Source of the DNA: Malacoraja senta
Taxonomy: Eukaryota
DNA length: 64,000 nucleotides
Assembly (NCBI GenBank): GCA_038087875.1
Contig: CM075993.1
Span: 6,140,001 to 6,204,000 of the forward strand
Reading direction: 5' to 3'
In this document: in pieces, positions 47,081 to 59,690 of the stretch
How positions within the stretch are numbered: position 1 is the stretch's first letter
Layout of the letters: each line of letters opens with the position of its first letter
Program-made: the position numbers and the translations under genes
Notes under the pieces: model-generated
What the model saw: only the letters and a program-made list of their open reading frames with translations
The model's database searches: none
What the model was told of the DNA's origin: nothing

Positions 47081-50000
47081 ATCCAATAAGCCATGCCACC
47101 CAAGCAAGGACCTGCTGTAATTCCTGGATTCGGCAGGAACGCCTACCTGCTGTGTAGAAATTTAATGAGAGAGAAAAAAATAAGTATTTTTGGAAGTTGG
47201 TTGAACAGATGAATATTGGCTGAGCCACCTTGGAAACTCCCCTGCTCTTCACAAACCAGGTCTTCAGCTTAACACTGCAAGCTAAATCTAAAGATTGAGT
47301 CATATTAGTGATACGATATTGGCACTTTGAATTATGAATCTTGGACTATGATCAAAACACGGCAGACATTAACAGCTCTCTCTCTCTCTCTCTATCAGCA
47401 GTGGCGAGGATTAAACACTTTTAGATCATTTCTTGAGGAGTTATCACAGTCTGGCAATTTTCAAGCAGCACTTTCATAAAACCACCAGGACTTACTGCTG
47501 TGGTTTGAGGTCGCTATCTTCAGTCTGCAATAAGTACTAGTTCACGAAGTAACCTTTAGGCCACGCTGAGGTCAACTATTCCAGGATAATGGAGACACAA
47601 AGGACTGCAGGTACAATACGAAACGATACGATAGAACTTTCTTTATCCCAGGAGGGAAATTGATCTGCCAACAGTCATAAAACATAAAATACATGAAACA
47701 GGAAATTAAAGTGACGAGTGGAAAGGATTGGGGATGTGCAAAGATTGGGGGGGGTGGGGGCGGGGGGGGGGGGGGGGGGGCTCTATCTCAGCCTACCCAA
47801 CAACAGAAATGGTTGTACAGTTTAATAGCCACAGGGAAGAAGGATCTCCTGTGACATACCGTGATTGTCTGAAGAAGGGTTTTGTCCCGAAACGTTGCCT
47901 ATCTCCTTCACTCCATAGATGCTGCTGCACCCGCTGAGTTTCTCCAGCACTTTTGCCTATCTCCTGTGGCATTCTGTCCCGCATCTTGGTACTGGAATCT
48001 TCAGCAAAACACTTGAGTACGTGCCGGAGGAACTCAGCGGGTCAAGCAGCATCTGTGGAGAGAATGGACAGAATGAGGTTTTGGGTCAGACTTGAAAAGG
48101 GACCCGACCTAAAACGTCACATCCACTCCCTCCACAGATGCTGCCTGACTCACCGAGTTACTTCACCACAATGATTCTAATGTTTCCACTAACATCTCTC
48201 TTCGGCTCAGAACCTCTTCTCTTAGAAGAGCATCTCAAGTTCAAGTTCAAGTGAGTTTATTGTCGTGTGTCCCAGATAGGACAATGAAATTCTTCCTTTG
48301 CTTGAGCACAACAGAATATAGTAGGCATAAATAGATACAGAACAGATCAGTGTGACCATATACCATTGAATATATATATACACACATAAATAACAGATAA
48401 AGTGCAATGGGCTATTAACGATCAGAGTTTTGTTTGAGTTGAGTTTAATAGCCTGATGGTTGAGGGGAAGTAGCTATTCCTGAACCTGGATGTTGCAGAT
48501 TTCAGGCTCCTGTAACTTCTACCTGAAGGCAGCAGGGAGATGAGTGAGTGGCCAGGATGGTGTGGGTCTTTGATGATGCTGGCTGGCAGCCTTTTTGAGG
48601 CAGCGACTGCGATAGATCCCGTCGATGATGGGGAGGTCAGAGCCGATGATGGACTGGGCAGTGTTTACAAAACCCCAAAACATTCGGTGTAAACAAGAAG
48701 CTGGTGCAACTTGGGTGGGGGAGGGATGGAGAGAGAGGGAATGCCCAGGTTACTTGAAGTTGGAGAAATCAATATTCATACCACTGGGCTGTAAGATGCA
48801 CAAGCGAAATATGAGATACTGTTCCTCGTAACCCTGGCATTCCCCCTCTCTCTCTCTATCTATCCCTCCCCCACCCAAGTTGCACCAGCTTCTTGTTCTC
48901 ACCCAACAAACAGATACCAATGGCCTGTTTCCTTTATCATCATGATGCATCTTTCATTCATTGTTCTATATCTCTCGTTTCCCTTTCCCGTGACTTTCAG
49001 CCTGAAGACGGGTCTCGACCCATTCCTTCTCTCCAGAGATGCCGCCTGTCCCGCTGAGTTACTCCAGTTTTTTGTGCCTACCTCTTCGCTTACATCCACT
49101 ATAGCCTTGCGCCAACATCTCTTTCACCTTGTGGAGCGAAGGAAATAGGCAACTTTTCGGGTCGAAACCCTTCTTCAAACCCTTCTTCAGACCCGAAACG
49201 TTGCCTATTTCCTTCGCTCCATAGATGCTGCCTCACCCGCTGAGTTTCTCCAGCATTTTTGTCTACCTTCGATTTTCCAGCATCTGCAGTTCCTTCTTAA
49301 AACATCTCTTTCACCTTTGAATTTTTTCTCTCCTAACATTCAAAAACTTTTACGTTCAACTTTTTTTCCAAAATCATTTGAGAAGTAACGGCCCTCAAAT
49401 GATACCAGTTTCTCTCTCCGCAGATACTGTGTATTTGTAGCAATTTCTCCCTTTAGTTCCTATTTCAATGCGCGATGGCGTTAGACGTACAAATTTTAAA
49501 TAAATACATTTTCCAATTCATTTATTGATTCCTCACACCAGATTTGGCAAAAGAAGAGAAATATTGTAAGCTGAGTCATTGTGAGGGAGGATAAATTGAT
49601 CGATGCAGATGATGATCAAGGAAATGCTGGAGAAACTCAGCGGGTGAGGCAGCATCTATGGAGCGAAGGAAATAGGCAACGTTTCGGCCCGAAACGTTGC
49701 CTATTTCCTTCGCTCCATAGATGCTGCCTCACCCGCTGAGTTTCTCCAGAATTTTTGTCTACCTTTGATTTTCCAGCATCTGCAGTTCCATTGTTTGCTG
49801 AGGGGAAGCTGACAAGGAATATCTCCAATCTCCCTCTCCTCTGACTCCCAGTTTGAGGAAGAGTCTCGACCCGAAAAGTCACCCATTCCTTCTCTCCAGA
49901 GATGCTGCCTGTCCCGCTGAGTTAACTCCAGCATTTTGTGTCGATCTTCGGTGATTATGTGCAATAAAAGCTGACAATATTTATAGAATGGTATATGGAC

Positions 50001-50632
50001 ACGCTGATCTGTTTTGTAGTCAATGCCTACTATGTTCTGTTGTGCTGAAGCAAAGCAAGAATTTCATTGTCCTATCCTTGTCGACTCATGACAATAAACT
50101 CACTTGAACTTGAACTAAAAGTTCATGACAAGACCCTGGCTAAATGGATTAGGGCAGCACATTGGTGCAGCTGGTAACACTACTCCCTCACAGAACCAGA
50201 GACTCAGATTCGGTCCTGTCTGTGTGGAGTTTGCATCTGCAAGTCCGGTCTGACCTCCACTGCATAGACAGGGACATGTAGACACAGGGAACTGCAAAAT
50301 GCTGGTTTATTAAAAAAAGTCACAATGTGCTGGAGCAAATGTCAGGTGGCACGGTGGCGGGGTGGTAGAGCTACTGCCTCACAGCGCCAGAGACCCGAGT
50401 TCAATCCTGACTACGGGTGCTGTCTGTGCGGAGTTTGTACGTTCTCCCCATGACCGTGTGGGTTTTCTCCGGGTGCTCCGGTTTCCTCCCACACTCCAAA
50501 GACGTACAGGTTTGTAGGTTGATTGGCTTGGTATAAATGTAAATTGTCCCTGGTGTGTGTGCAGAATGGTGTTTGTGTACGGGGCGATCGCTTGTTTCCA
50601 TACCTCTCGTCTCCCTCTCCCCTGACTCTCAG

Positions 50633-50660
50633 CTGAGGAAGGGTCTCGACCCGAAACGTC
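50633..50660 (+). ncRNA. Minimal type I hammerhead-ribozyme-like core in a Penelope terminal repeat
   Basis: CTGAGGA-A-GGGT(CTCG)ACCC-GAAAC-GTC. Other intact cores at 28848-28875 (+) and 37678-37705 (-). Stem I is at most about 2 bp. Confidence 0.6.
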
Positions 50661-53433
50661 ACCCATTCCTTCTCTCCAGAGACGCTGCCTGTCCCGCTGA
50701 GTTACTCCGGCATTTGTTGCCTATCTCTGGCGTAAACCACCTTCCTGCACACATCGTCACCATTAGTTTAAGAAATGATTGCTGTGTTGCCTCAATATGT
50801 GATGCATATGGACTACTGCTGCCCACATTAAAGGCGAGGGGTTTGATGTCTTACTTATGTGCCTCTGTTCTTTACAATGCCTCACCAGTGTTGATGTAAC
50901 GTTGACATCCAAAATAGGCCCTGTCAACAAATATTTCCATGCAGAAAAACAAAACCATACAAGTTTGCAATCCCATCTGTTGCTCCTTAATCCCCGACTC
51001 CTGTGTAAACGCAGACTAATTTTCTTCTTATTACATCCTATCACCACAAACCCTGATTAATTTTTAAAAAGTAGAAACAAGGAACTGCAGATGCCGAAGG
51101 TTCGATCCCCACTGCGGGTGCTTGTCTGTACGGAGTTTGTACGTTCTCCCCGTGACCTGCGTGGGTTGTCTCAGAGGCAGACAAAATTTGCCGGAGAAAC
51201 TCAGCGGGTGCGGCAGCATCTATGGAGGAAGGGAAATAGGAAATAGGAAATAGGCAACGTTTCGGGCCGAAACCCGAGGGTTTCGGCCCGAAACGTTGCC
51301 TCTTTCCTTCGCTCCATAGATGCTGCCGCACCCGCTGAGTTTCTCCAGCAATTTTGTCTGCCTTCGATTCTCCAGCATCTGCAGTTCCTTCTCGAACATG
51401 GTTTTCCCCAGAGATCTTCGGTTTCCTCCCACACTCCAAAGACGTACAGGTTTGTAGGTTAATTGGCTTGGTGTATGTGTAAATTGTCCCTCGTGTGAGT
51501 AGGATAGGTGTTAAATGTGCGGGGATCGCTGGTCGGCATGGACTCGATGGGCCGAAGGGCCCAGTTCCGTGCTGTATCACTAAACTAAACCAACCATTGC
51601 CTTCCCTGGGGCAGCAAAAACTGGTCGGGACAACCTTGCCCAGTTGTAAACAAATTGGGCAATTAAGACTTGGTACTGGAGCGCACATAATTAAAGATGA
51701 AAAATTAAGATCCGTGCATCCTTCAAATGAAAGTCACTTTGAAGTGAATACTTCTTAAAGGTACTGAAGTCTGTTAGTGTCTGGCTAACAGTGTTTACAG
51801 CTAACTTGTCAGTAACACATTTTGGCTTCTGCCAATACGGGGACTTCAAAAGGAGATTGTTTTCTGCAATAAGATCTCAAATGCAAAAGCAAGAATCCAA
51901 AGTGAAGGCTGCTACTAGAGAGGGGAAGAGAAGTTCATACCCATCACATGGAGAAAAGCCCCAAGGCTGGATATAGACACACACACACAATGCTGGAGTA
52001 ACTCAGCAGGTCAGGCAGCATCTCTGGTGAAAAAGAATGGGCAACGTCTCGGGTCGGGACACTTCTTCCGACTATTTTTACTGTACCTTAGTACTCGTGA
52101 AAATAACAAATTTAAACCCCTCGGATTCAATAATAAAGCGACGTTGTTCAAAGTAGAGACACAATGTGCAATCTAGAAACAGAGCAATCGAGTCAAATCT
52201 GGTTAGACCACCAGCGTGATCTGGGATGGGTCTCACTCCCTCTTGCCCCCTCTCCCATCAGGCGAGAGTTACAGAAGTGTGAAAACGCACACCTTCAGAT
52301 TCAGGGACAGTTTCTTCCCGGCTATTGTCACAACTGAACCATCCTCTCACCAACTAGAGTCCTGCGGTCCTGATCTCCCATCCACCTCATTGGAGACCCT
52401 TGGACCATCTTTAACCGGACTTTACTGGTCACTATCCTGCACTAAATGTTATTCCTTCATCATGTATCTGTACACCTGTGGACGGCTCGATTGTAATCAT
52501 GTGTAGTCTTGTTGCTGACTGGATAGCGTGTAAAGGGGCTGTCCCACTTGGGCGACCCAATCCGCGAGTTCAGACAAGTTTGCCCTTGACTCATACTCGC
52601 AGCGTGGTCGACACGAGGTCCTAGGAGGTCTTTGTAACTCTCCTTCATGCTCGAGAGTGGTCCCCACGTACTTGAGGCCTCAGCTAGGTCGCGGCGTATT
52701 TTTCAACATGCTGAAAAATGCCCGCGAGTAAAAAAAGGTCGCCGTGGAAAAAAATCGATATTTTTTTACTCGTGGGTTTAGTCGAGGTAGGTCCTAGTAG
52801 GCCATAATGCCATTTGTAAGTAGTCTAAGTCAATCGAAGTTAATCAAAGGTAGTCGAAGGTAAAGCTCGTTGAGAAAAAAAAGGTAAGTAAACCGACCGG
52901 TAATGTTAAATGCCCGCTAAACTTTATTATACGTTGTCTGGCTTCTTAAAAGGGTCTCCACTCCTTCTCCCCCCCTTCTCCCCCCTTCTCCCCCCTTCTC
53001 TCCCCTTCTCTCTCCTTCCCTTCTCTCCCCCTCTCCCCTTCTCTCCCCCCCCCTCTCCGCGCTCTCTAAAGGACTTACCAAACTGTGCCAGCCATCTTTT
53101 ACCTACCCGGCCATCGCGGGTGTGAATTTCAACTTACAAGCCCAGCGTCCAGGATCTTGCAGCAGGAGTTAGAAACACATTTTAGTAACTGAGGAATTGT
53201 AATTCATGTAAAAAACCCCAAATGAATTGAAAATAAAACCCTGAGTTACATTCAAAATATTGGTTCAATGGATATTTATTGTCGCGAATGCAATTAGTTT
53301 AATTTAGTTTAGTTTAGAGATAGTTTAGTCTCGCGTGGAAACAGGCCTTCGGCCCAGCGAGCCCATGTGATCCCCTCAAACTTTGACGTTTCAGAGAAAA
53401 CAATCCAAGTGCATCCAACCTCTCCATGTAGCT

Positions 53434-54689
53434 CAGGGGTTCCCAACCTTTTTCATCCCGTTTACCCCCTGGCAACTTTAATAGCACATAATAATGCTAT
53501 TTCACTTATTTATGAACAACTAAAGGGGCTGTCCCAATTGGGCCACCTAATTGGCGAGTTTAGAAGAGTTTAGGAGAGTTTGAAAAAATGACATGTTGAA
53601 GACCTCCTTCGACTATGTTGAAGACTAGCTACGACTAGCTACGACTAACTTCGGGAAAATTGGACACCGAATAGTGGAGAGTGAAGACGACCTCCTTCGA
53701 CCTCCCTTCGACTATGATGAAGACTATCTACGACTACCTTCGACTTCCCTCGATTACCTACGACTAACATGCCGACCCACTACGACTAAATCTACGAGTA
53801 AAAAAAGTTTCGATATTTTCCATGGCGACCTTTATTTGCTCGCGGCATTTTTTTAACATATTGAAAAAAACGCCGTGACCTAGCTGAGGCCTCGAGTACG
53901 CGGCGACCACTCCTCGAGCATGAAGGAGAGTTACGAAGACCTCCTACGACCTCGTGTCGACCATGCTGCGAGTATGAAGGACATTATTGTCATAGAGGGA
54001 GTGCAGAGAAGGTTCACCAGACTGATTCCTGGGATGTCAGGACTGTCTTATGAAGAAAGACTGGATAGACTTGGTTTATACTCTCTAGAATTTAGGAGAT
54101 TGAGAGGGGATTCTTATAGAAACTTACAAAATTCTTAAGGGGTTGGACAGGCTAGATGCAGGAAGATTGCTCCCGATGTTGGGGACGTCCAGGACAAGGG
54201 GTCACAGCTTAAGGATAAGGGGGAAATCCTTTAAAACCGAGATGAGAAGAACTTTTTTTCACACAGAGAGTGGTGAATCTCTGGAACTCTCTGCCACAGA
54301 GGGTAGTCGAGGCCAGTTCATTGGCTATATTTAAGAGGGAGTTAGATGTGGCCCTTGTGGCTAAAGGGATCAGAGGGTATGGAGAGAAGGCAGGTACGGG
54401 ATACTGAGTTGGATGATCAGCCATGATCATATTGAATGGCGGTGCAGGCTCGAAGGGCCGAATGACCTACTCCTGCACCTAATTTCTATGTTTCTATGTT
54501 TCTATGAGTCGAGGGCAAACTCGCCAGAACTCGCGAATTAGGTCGCCCAAGTGGGACAGCCCCTTAATGATGAACAGATATCGATATACCAGAACAAACA
54601 CAGTCAGTCAATGAGAAAAAATATGTACAAATCCAGAATCAACTAATTTATCCCCTGGGGGTAAATATACCCCAGGTTGGGAACCCTTG
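53434..54689. mobile_element. hAT (Charlie-like) MITE hosting the Harbinger and CR1 insertions
   Basis: TIRs CAGGGGTTCCCAACCT…AGGTTGGGAACCCTTG; 8-bp TSD atgtagct/ctgtagtt. Confidence 0.85.
53524..54564. mobile_element. PIF/Harbinger-like MITE interrupted by a CR1 (about 53976-54507)
   Basis: TIRs AGGGGCTGTCCCA…TGGGACAGCCCCT with TAA TSDs; a truncated inverted sister starts at 52534. Confidence 0.88.
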
Positions 54690-54996
54690 CTGTAGTTGAA
54701 ACCCTCTAATCTTGACTTTTGGTTCTTGGCACTTGGCTGCATTCAAGTGATTAGAAAACGGATTGCAATTCATGTAATTCCTGAGGATATGAGTCATGCT
54801 TTTCAGCAAAATGAGGTTTTCAAGCTGCAACTCTTCATAACCCATTAATACAGCTTGTTTTTTACTTTAGATACATTGGAATGTTGCAGGCTTATATCTT
54901 GGAGTTATATGTGTTTGGGATGATATCAACGCAAACTATTTGTCTCTACTCAACTTAGAATGGTCGAAAAAACATCCTGCAACTAGCTTGTTTAGT

Positions 54997-55808
54997 TCAA
55001 AGGTTCATGTATTGACACATACACCAATTGGTGCAGTGAAATTCGAGTTGCCATTGCAGCACATTAATAAGAATACAACATAACATTATAAAGGAATTTA
55101 ACATTAAACATAAAAACATCCCCCACAATGGTTCCCACTGTGAGGGAAGGCACAAAGACCAGTCCCCATCCTCTTGTTCACCCATAGTTGGGCCTATTGT
55201 TTCAGGCCTATGTTTCAGGCCCTTCTTCGCCGGGTGATGGAGCTCCAGCGTCGGGAGAACCCTCTCAGCGGCTGGGACGCCTGGAACAGCCGCTTCCTTA
55301 CCGGAGACCGCGGCTTCCGAAGCCGACAGGCCGCGCTGGACGGAGCTCCACCACTGGCGATCTCGGCGAGAGATCCCAGGCTCCGCGATGTTAAAGTCAG
55401 CGCCACCGCCCGCGGCTGGCCGCTCCACCAACCCGGTGTTTCATCGGCGGTCTCAGCATTCCGGAGCTCCAGCACGGCGACCCGGGCAAGGCATCGCCCG
55501 CTCCGCGATAGCGTCCCCAGCGCTGCGCCACCGCCGAAGCCGAGGTTCTGGCCGGTCCCTCAGGAAACGCCGCTCCAGACCCCGATGGTAGGCCGCGAGG
55601 ACGGGTCGAAGACGCTGCTCGGAGGAAAGCCGCCTCTCCGCCCAGGTAGGGACTAGGAAAAGCAGTTTCCCCACCCACACCCCCCACATAAAAAGACTAA
55701 GTCCTCCAAAAACAAAACACTGTTTAACATACTAACAATTTAAAAAAGAAGTGAAAAGACAGACAGCTGCAGGCAGGGCAGCCATACCCAACGGGACGGC
55801 GCCCCCTC
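54997..55808 (-). mobile_element. GC-rich non-autonomous retroelement with Rex1-like tail
   Basis: Shares long homology with 36520-36940; related architecture at 25020-25762 (5' AAATGGCG, 3' AATAAA plus short tandem tail). Confidence 0.6.
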
Positions 55809-57789
55809 CATCCAGTTGGGTAGTTTAGTTTAGAGATACAGCGCGGAAACAGATCCTTCGGCCCACCGAGTCCGCATCGACCAGCGATCCCCGCACACTA
55901 ACGCTATCCTACACCCACTAGGGACAATTTACATATATACCCAAGCAAATTAACCTACAAACTTGTACGTCTTTGGAGTGTGGGAGGAAACCGAAGATCT
56001 CAGAGAAAACCCACGCAGGTCACGGGGAAAACGTACAAACTCCGTACAGACAGCACCCGAAGTCAGGATCGAACCCGGGTCCATGGTGCTGTAAGCGCTG
56101 TAAGGCGGCAACTTTACCTCTGCGCCACCGCGCTGCTCTCATCTACGTAGATGTCTTGTGAAGTGTTGGAATTCAACATCATAGTTTATTTTTCAAACTT
56201 CAGTCAAACAACCTCTGGATAAGAGATCAAGCAGCTAAACAGGCAAGAGATCATTTCAAGAAAAAGCACAGAGTGCTGGAGTAACTCAGCGGGTCGGGCA
56301 GCATCTCTGGAGAACATGGATAGGTGACATTTCGTGTTGGGACCTTTCTTCAGACAATTAGTCTGAAGATAGACACAAAATGCTGGAGTAACTCAGCGGG
56401 ACGGGCAGCGTCTCCGAAGAAGGGTCTCCATCCGAAACGTCATCCCCATTCCTTCTCTCCAGAGATGCTGCCTGTCCCGCCGAGTTACTCCAGCTTTTTG
56501 TGTCTATCTTCGGTTTAAACTAAAGTGTGAAAGCAAAATACCGCAGATGCTGGAATGTCTGAGACAGGAACCGAAAACGTGGGCCGAATAGGCAATGATC
56601 CTTTCATCATTGGGAGATTGTTTTTCTCCCTCTAGATCCCTCTAATCCCTTGCACATCCATAGAACTATCCAAAAGCATTTTGCGGTGCATTCTCAGAAT
56701 GCTGGCAGTGTTTGCCTTTTACTGGGTGCAACTTGCAAAATCAATTAAAAGGCAGGAGACATTCCATCTTTAGTACTCTCTGTTCTGAGAAAACGTTTCC
56801 GAACAACTGGTTTTAATAGTGACTAAACTGTGGCACTTGGAGAGTGTGAAGGTGAGATGCAGAGAGCTGGAAATAGAAGGGTGTGATCAACAAACCATTT
56901 CAATATTTCACACCTATAGGCATGCTAGCCTTGCTCGTTCAGTAAAGGGCCTGTCCCACTTGGCGATTTTTTTCGCCGGCTGCCGGCTTCATAGGCTGAC
57001 GTATCAGGGTCGGCGAAAGATTTTGGACATTTCAAAATCCAGCGGGGACGAAAAAAAAAAATGTCGCGCCACTTGAGGAAAACGCCGCGCGTCAATACGT
57101 CGTTACGCCACGTCACCGGCGTGTCACTTTTTCGGCGACCTGATACGTCAGTCAATGCTGCCGGCAGTCACCGGAAAAAATCACCAAGTGGGACAGGCCC
57201 TTTAAGATTCAGCCCCTGAGAGTGGTGAGTCTGTGGAATTCTCTGCCTCAGAGGGCAGGTTCTCTGGATACTTTCAAGAGAGAGCTAGATAGGGCTCTTA
57301 AAGATAGCGGAGTCGGGGGATATGGGGAGAAGGCAGGAACGGGGTACTGATTGGGGATGATCAGCCATGATCACATTGAATGACGGTGTTGGCTCGAAGG
57401 GCCGAATGGCCTACTCCTGCACCTATTGTCTATTGGCCATTGTCACTAGTGGGAGAGTCTAGGACCAGAGGTCATAGCCTCAGAATACCTTTAGAAAGGA
57501 GATGAGGAGGAATTTCTTTAGCCAGAGGGCTGTGAATCTGTGGAATTCATTGCCACAGAAGGCTGAGGAGGCCAAGTCAATGGATATATTTTTTAAGGCA
57601 GAGATTGATAGATTCTTGATTAGGACGGACGTCAGAGGTTATGTGGCGAAGGCAGGAGAATGGGGTTGAGAGGGGAAAGATATAGTATGTGCAGGAAGGA
57701 ACTGCAGATGCTGGTTTATACCGAAGATAGACACAAAATGCAGGAGTAACCAGCGGGACGGGCAGCGTCTCTGGAGGGAACTGTGTTCC

Positions 57790-57975
57790 TCCCCACAGAG
57801 CCTTGGCGTTGGCTGCACCGAGCTTCAGTGCGTCCCTCAGCACGAACTCCTGCAGTGTGGAGCGGGCCAGTCGGCAACATCCCCCGATGGTAATCGCGCT
57901 CCAGTGTGAATGTTGCCGTAAAGTCATGGCTGCCTCCTGTGGGAAGCTGCCTCTTAACACATCTTCCAGTTCGCT
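57790..57975 (-). mobile_element. Tx1/L1-like LINE ORF2 C-terminal remnant
   Basis: [30 protein letters not shown]; second copy at about 11600-11660 (+) with a UTR continuing to about 12120. Confidence 0.6.
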
Positions 57976-58069
57976 CAGACTATGATGAAGGTAGACACAA
58001 AATGCTGGAGTAACTCAGCGGGACAGGCAGCATCTCTGGGTTCTCTGTACCCATTCTAAACTTGGGGCT

Positions 58070-58532
58070 AGGCAGCATCTCTGGAGAGAAGGAATGGGTC
58101 GAGACCCTTCTTCAGACTGAGAGGCGGGGGAGAGGGAAACGAGAGATTATGGAAGGGTAGGGTGTGAAAACAAGAGATCAAAGGGGACAAAGGTAAAGGA
58201 AGATGTAGAATAGATCATTGTTAGCTCGGGGGAGGTGACAACGAGATGTGAGTTTCTCCAGCGCTTTTGTCTACCAAAGTAAAATATAATCAGGAGGACA
58301 GTCAAACTAGTCAGAGAACTAGGAAGGGGTAGGGATGGAGAGAGAGGGAAAGCAAGGGTTACTTGAAGTTAGAGAAGTCAATGTTCATACCGCTGGGGTG
58401 TAAGCTGCCCAAGCGAAATAATGACGTGGTGTTCCTTCAATTCGCATTGGGCCTCACTCTGACAATGGAGGAGGCCCAGGACAGAAAGGTCAGTGTGGAA
58501 TGGGAGGGGGAGTTGAAGTGTTTAGCAACCTG
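58070..58532 (-). mobile_element. Penelope-like element 3' end: GIY-YIG endonuclease C-terminus, 3' UTR and hammerhead-bearing repeat
   Basis: Minus-strand QVAKHFNSPSHS… followed by …LGSLHPSGMNIDFSNFK*, running into the CTGAAGAAGGGTCTCGACCC module. Related pieces at 48750-48830 (EEQYLIFRLCILQPSGMNIDFSNFK), 10745-10800 ([18 protein letters not shown]) and 45235-45330. Confidence 0.85.
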
Positions 58533-59129
58533 GGAGATCATGTTTGTCGACTGTGATAAAACAGCAGGCAGATTAGTGTCAGAGCCAGAGATAACAGACG
58601 GGTAATTAAACTTTGGCAACGGCCCCAAAAACAAACCCCCCACTCCAAACAACAAGCTCGCCCTGGGTTTACGAGCTCTCGCAAAACTCATTCTCAGCTG
58701 AAGCATGAAAAGCCTTTGCACCAGCTTCTCGTTTTCACCCAACAAACAGCTAACAACGGCCTGTTTCCTTTATCATCGTCACTTTTTTGCATATCTTTCA
58801 TTCATTGTTCTTTATCTCTCCACATCACCGTCTATATCTCTCCTTTCCCTTATCCCTAACCAGTCTGAAGAAGGGTCTCGAGCCAAAACGTCACCCATTC
58901 CTTCTCTCCAGAGATGCTGCCTGTCCCGCTGAGTTACTCCAGCTTTTTTTGTGTCTATCTTCGGTTTAAACCAGCATCTGCAGTTCCTTCTTATTCATGA
59001 GTATAGAAGTTGGGAGGTCATGTTGCAGTTATATACGACATTAGTGAGGCTGCATTATTGTGTTCAGTTCTGGGCACTGTGGTACAGGAAGGATGTTGTC
59101 AAGCTGGAAAGGGTACAGAGAAGATTGAG

Positions 59130-59690
59130 CCAATAGACAATAGGTGCAGGAGTAGGCCATTCGGCCCTTCGAGCCAGCACCACTATTCAATGTGATCATG
59201 GCTGATCATCCCCAATCAATACCCCGTTCCTGCCTTCTTCCCATATCCCCTGACTCCGCTATTTTTAAGAGCCCTATCTAGCTCTCTCTTGAAAGCATCC
59301 AGAGAACCGGCCTCCACCGCCCTCTGAGGCAGAGAATTCCACAGACTCACCACTCTCTGTGAGAAAAAGTGTTTCCTCGTCTCCGTTCTAAATGGCTTAC
59401 TCCTTATTCTTAAACTGTGGCCCCTGGTTCTGGACTCCCCCAACATCGGGAACATGTTTCCTGCCTCTAGCGTGTCCAAGCCCTTAACAATCTTATATGT
59501 TTCAATGAGATCCCCTCTCATCCTTCTAAACTCCAGAGTGTACAAGCCCAGCCGCTCCATTCTCTCAGCATGTGACAGTCCCGCCATCCCGGGAATTAAC
59601 CTTGTAAACCTACGCTGCACTCCCTCAATAGCAAAGAATGTCCTTCCTCAAAATTAGGGGACCAAAACTGCACACAATACAGACTCCAGG
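59130..59690 (-). mobile_element. CR1 LINE 3' fragment
   Basis: ORF 59216..59620. Confidence 0.92.

Noticed and set aside
53590..53800. Short regularly spaced CGACT/CGACC repeats resembling a CRISPR-like array
   Set aside because: Degenerate subterminal repeats inside a TIR-bounded MITE in vertebrate DNA; no constant repeat with unique spacers
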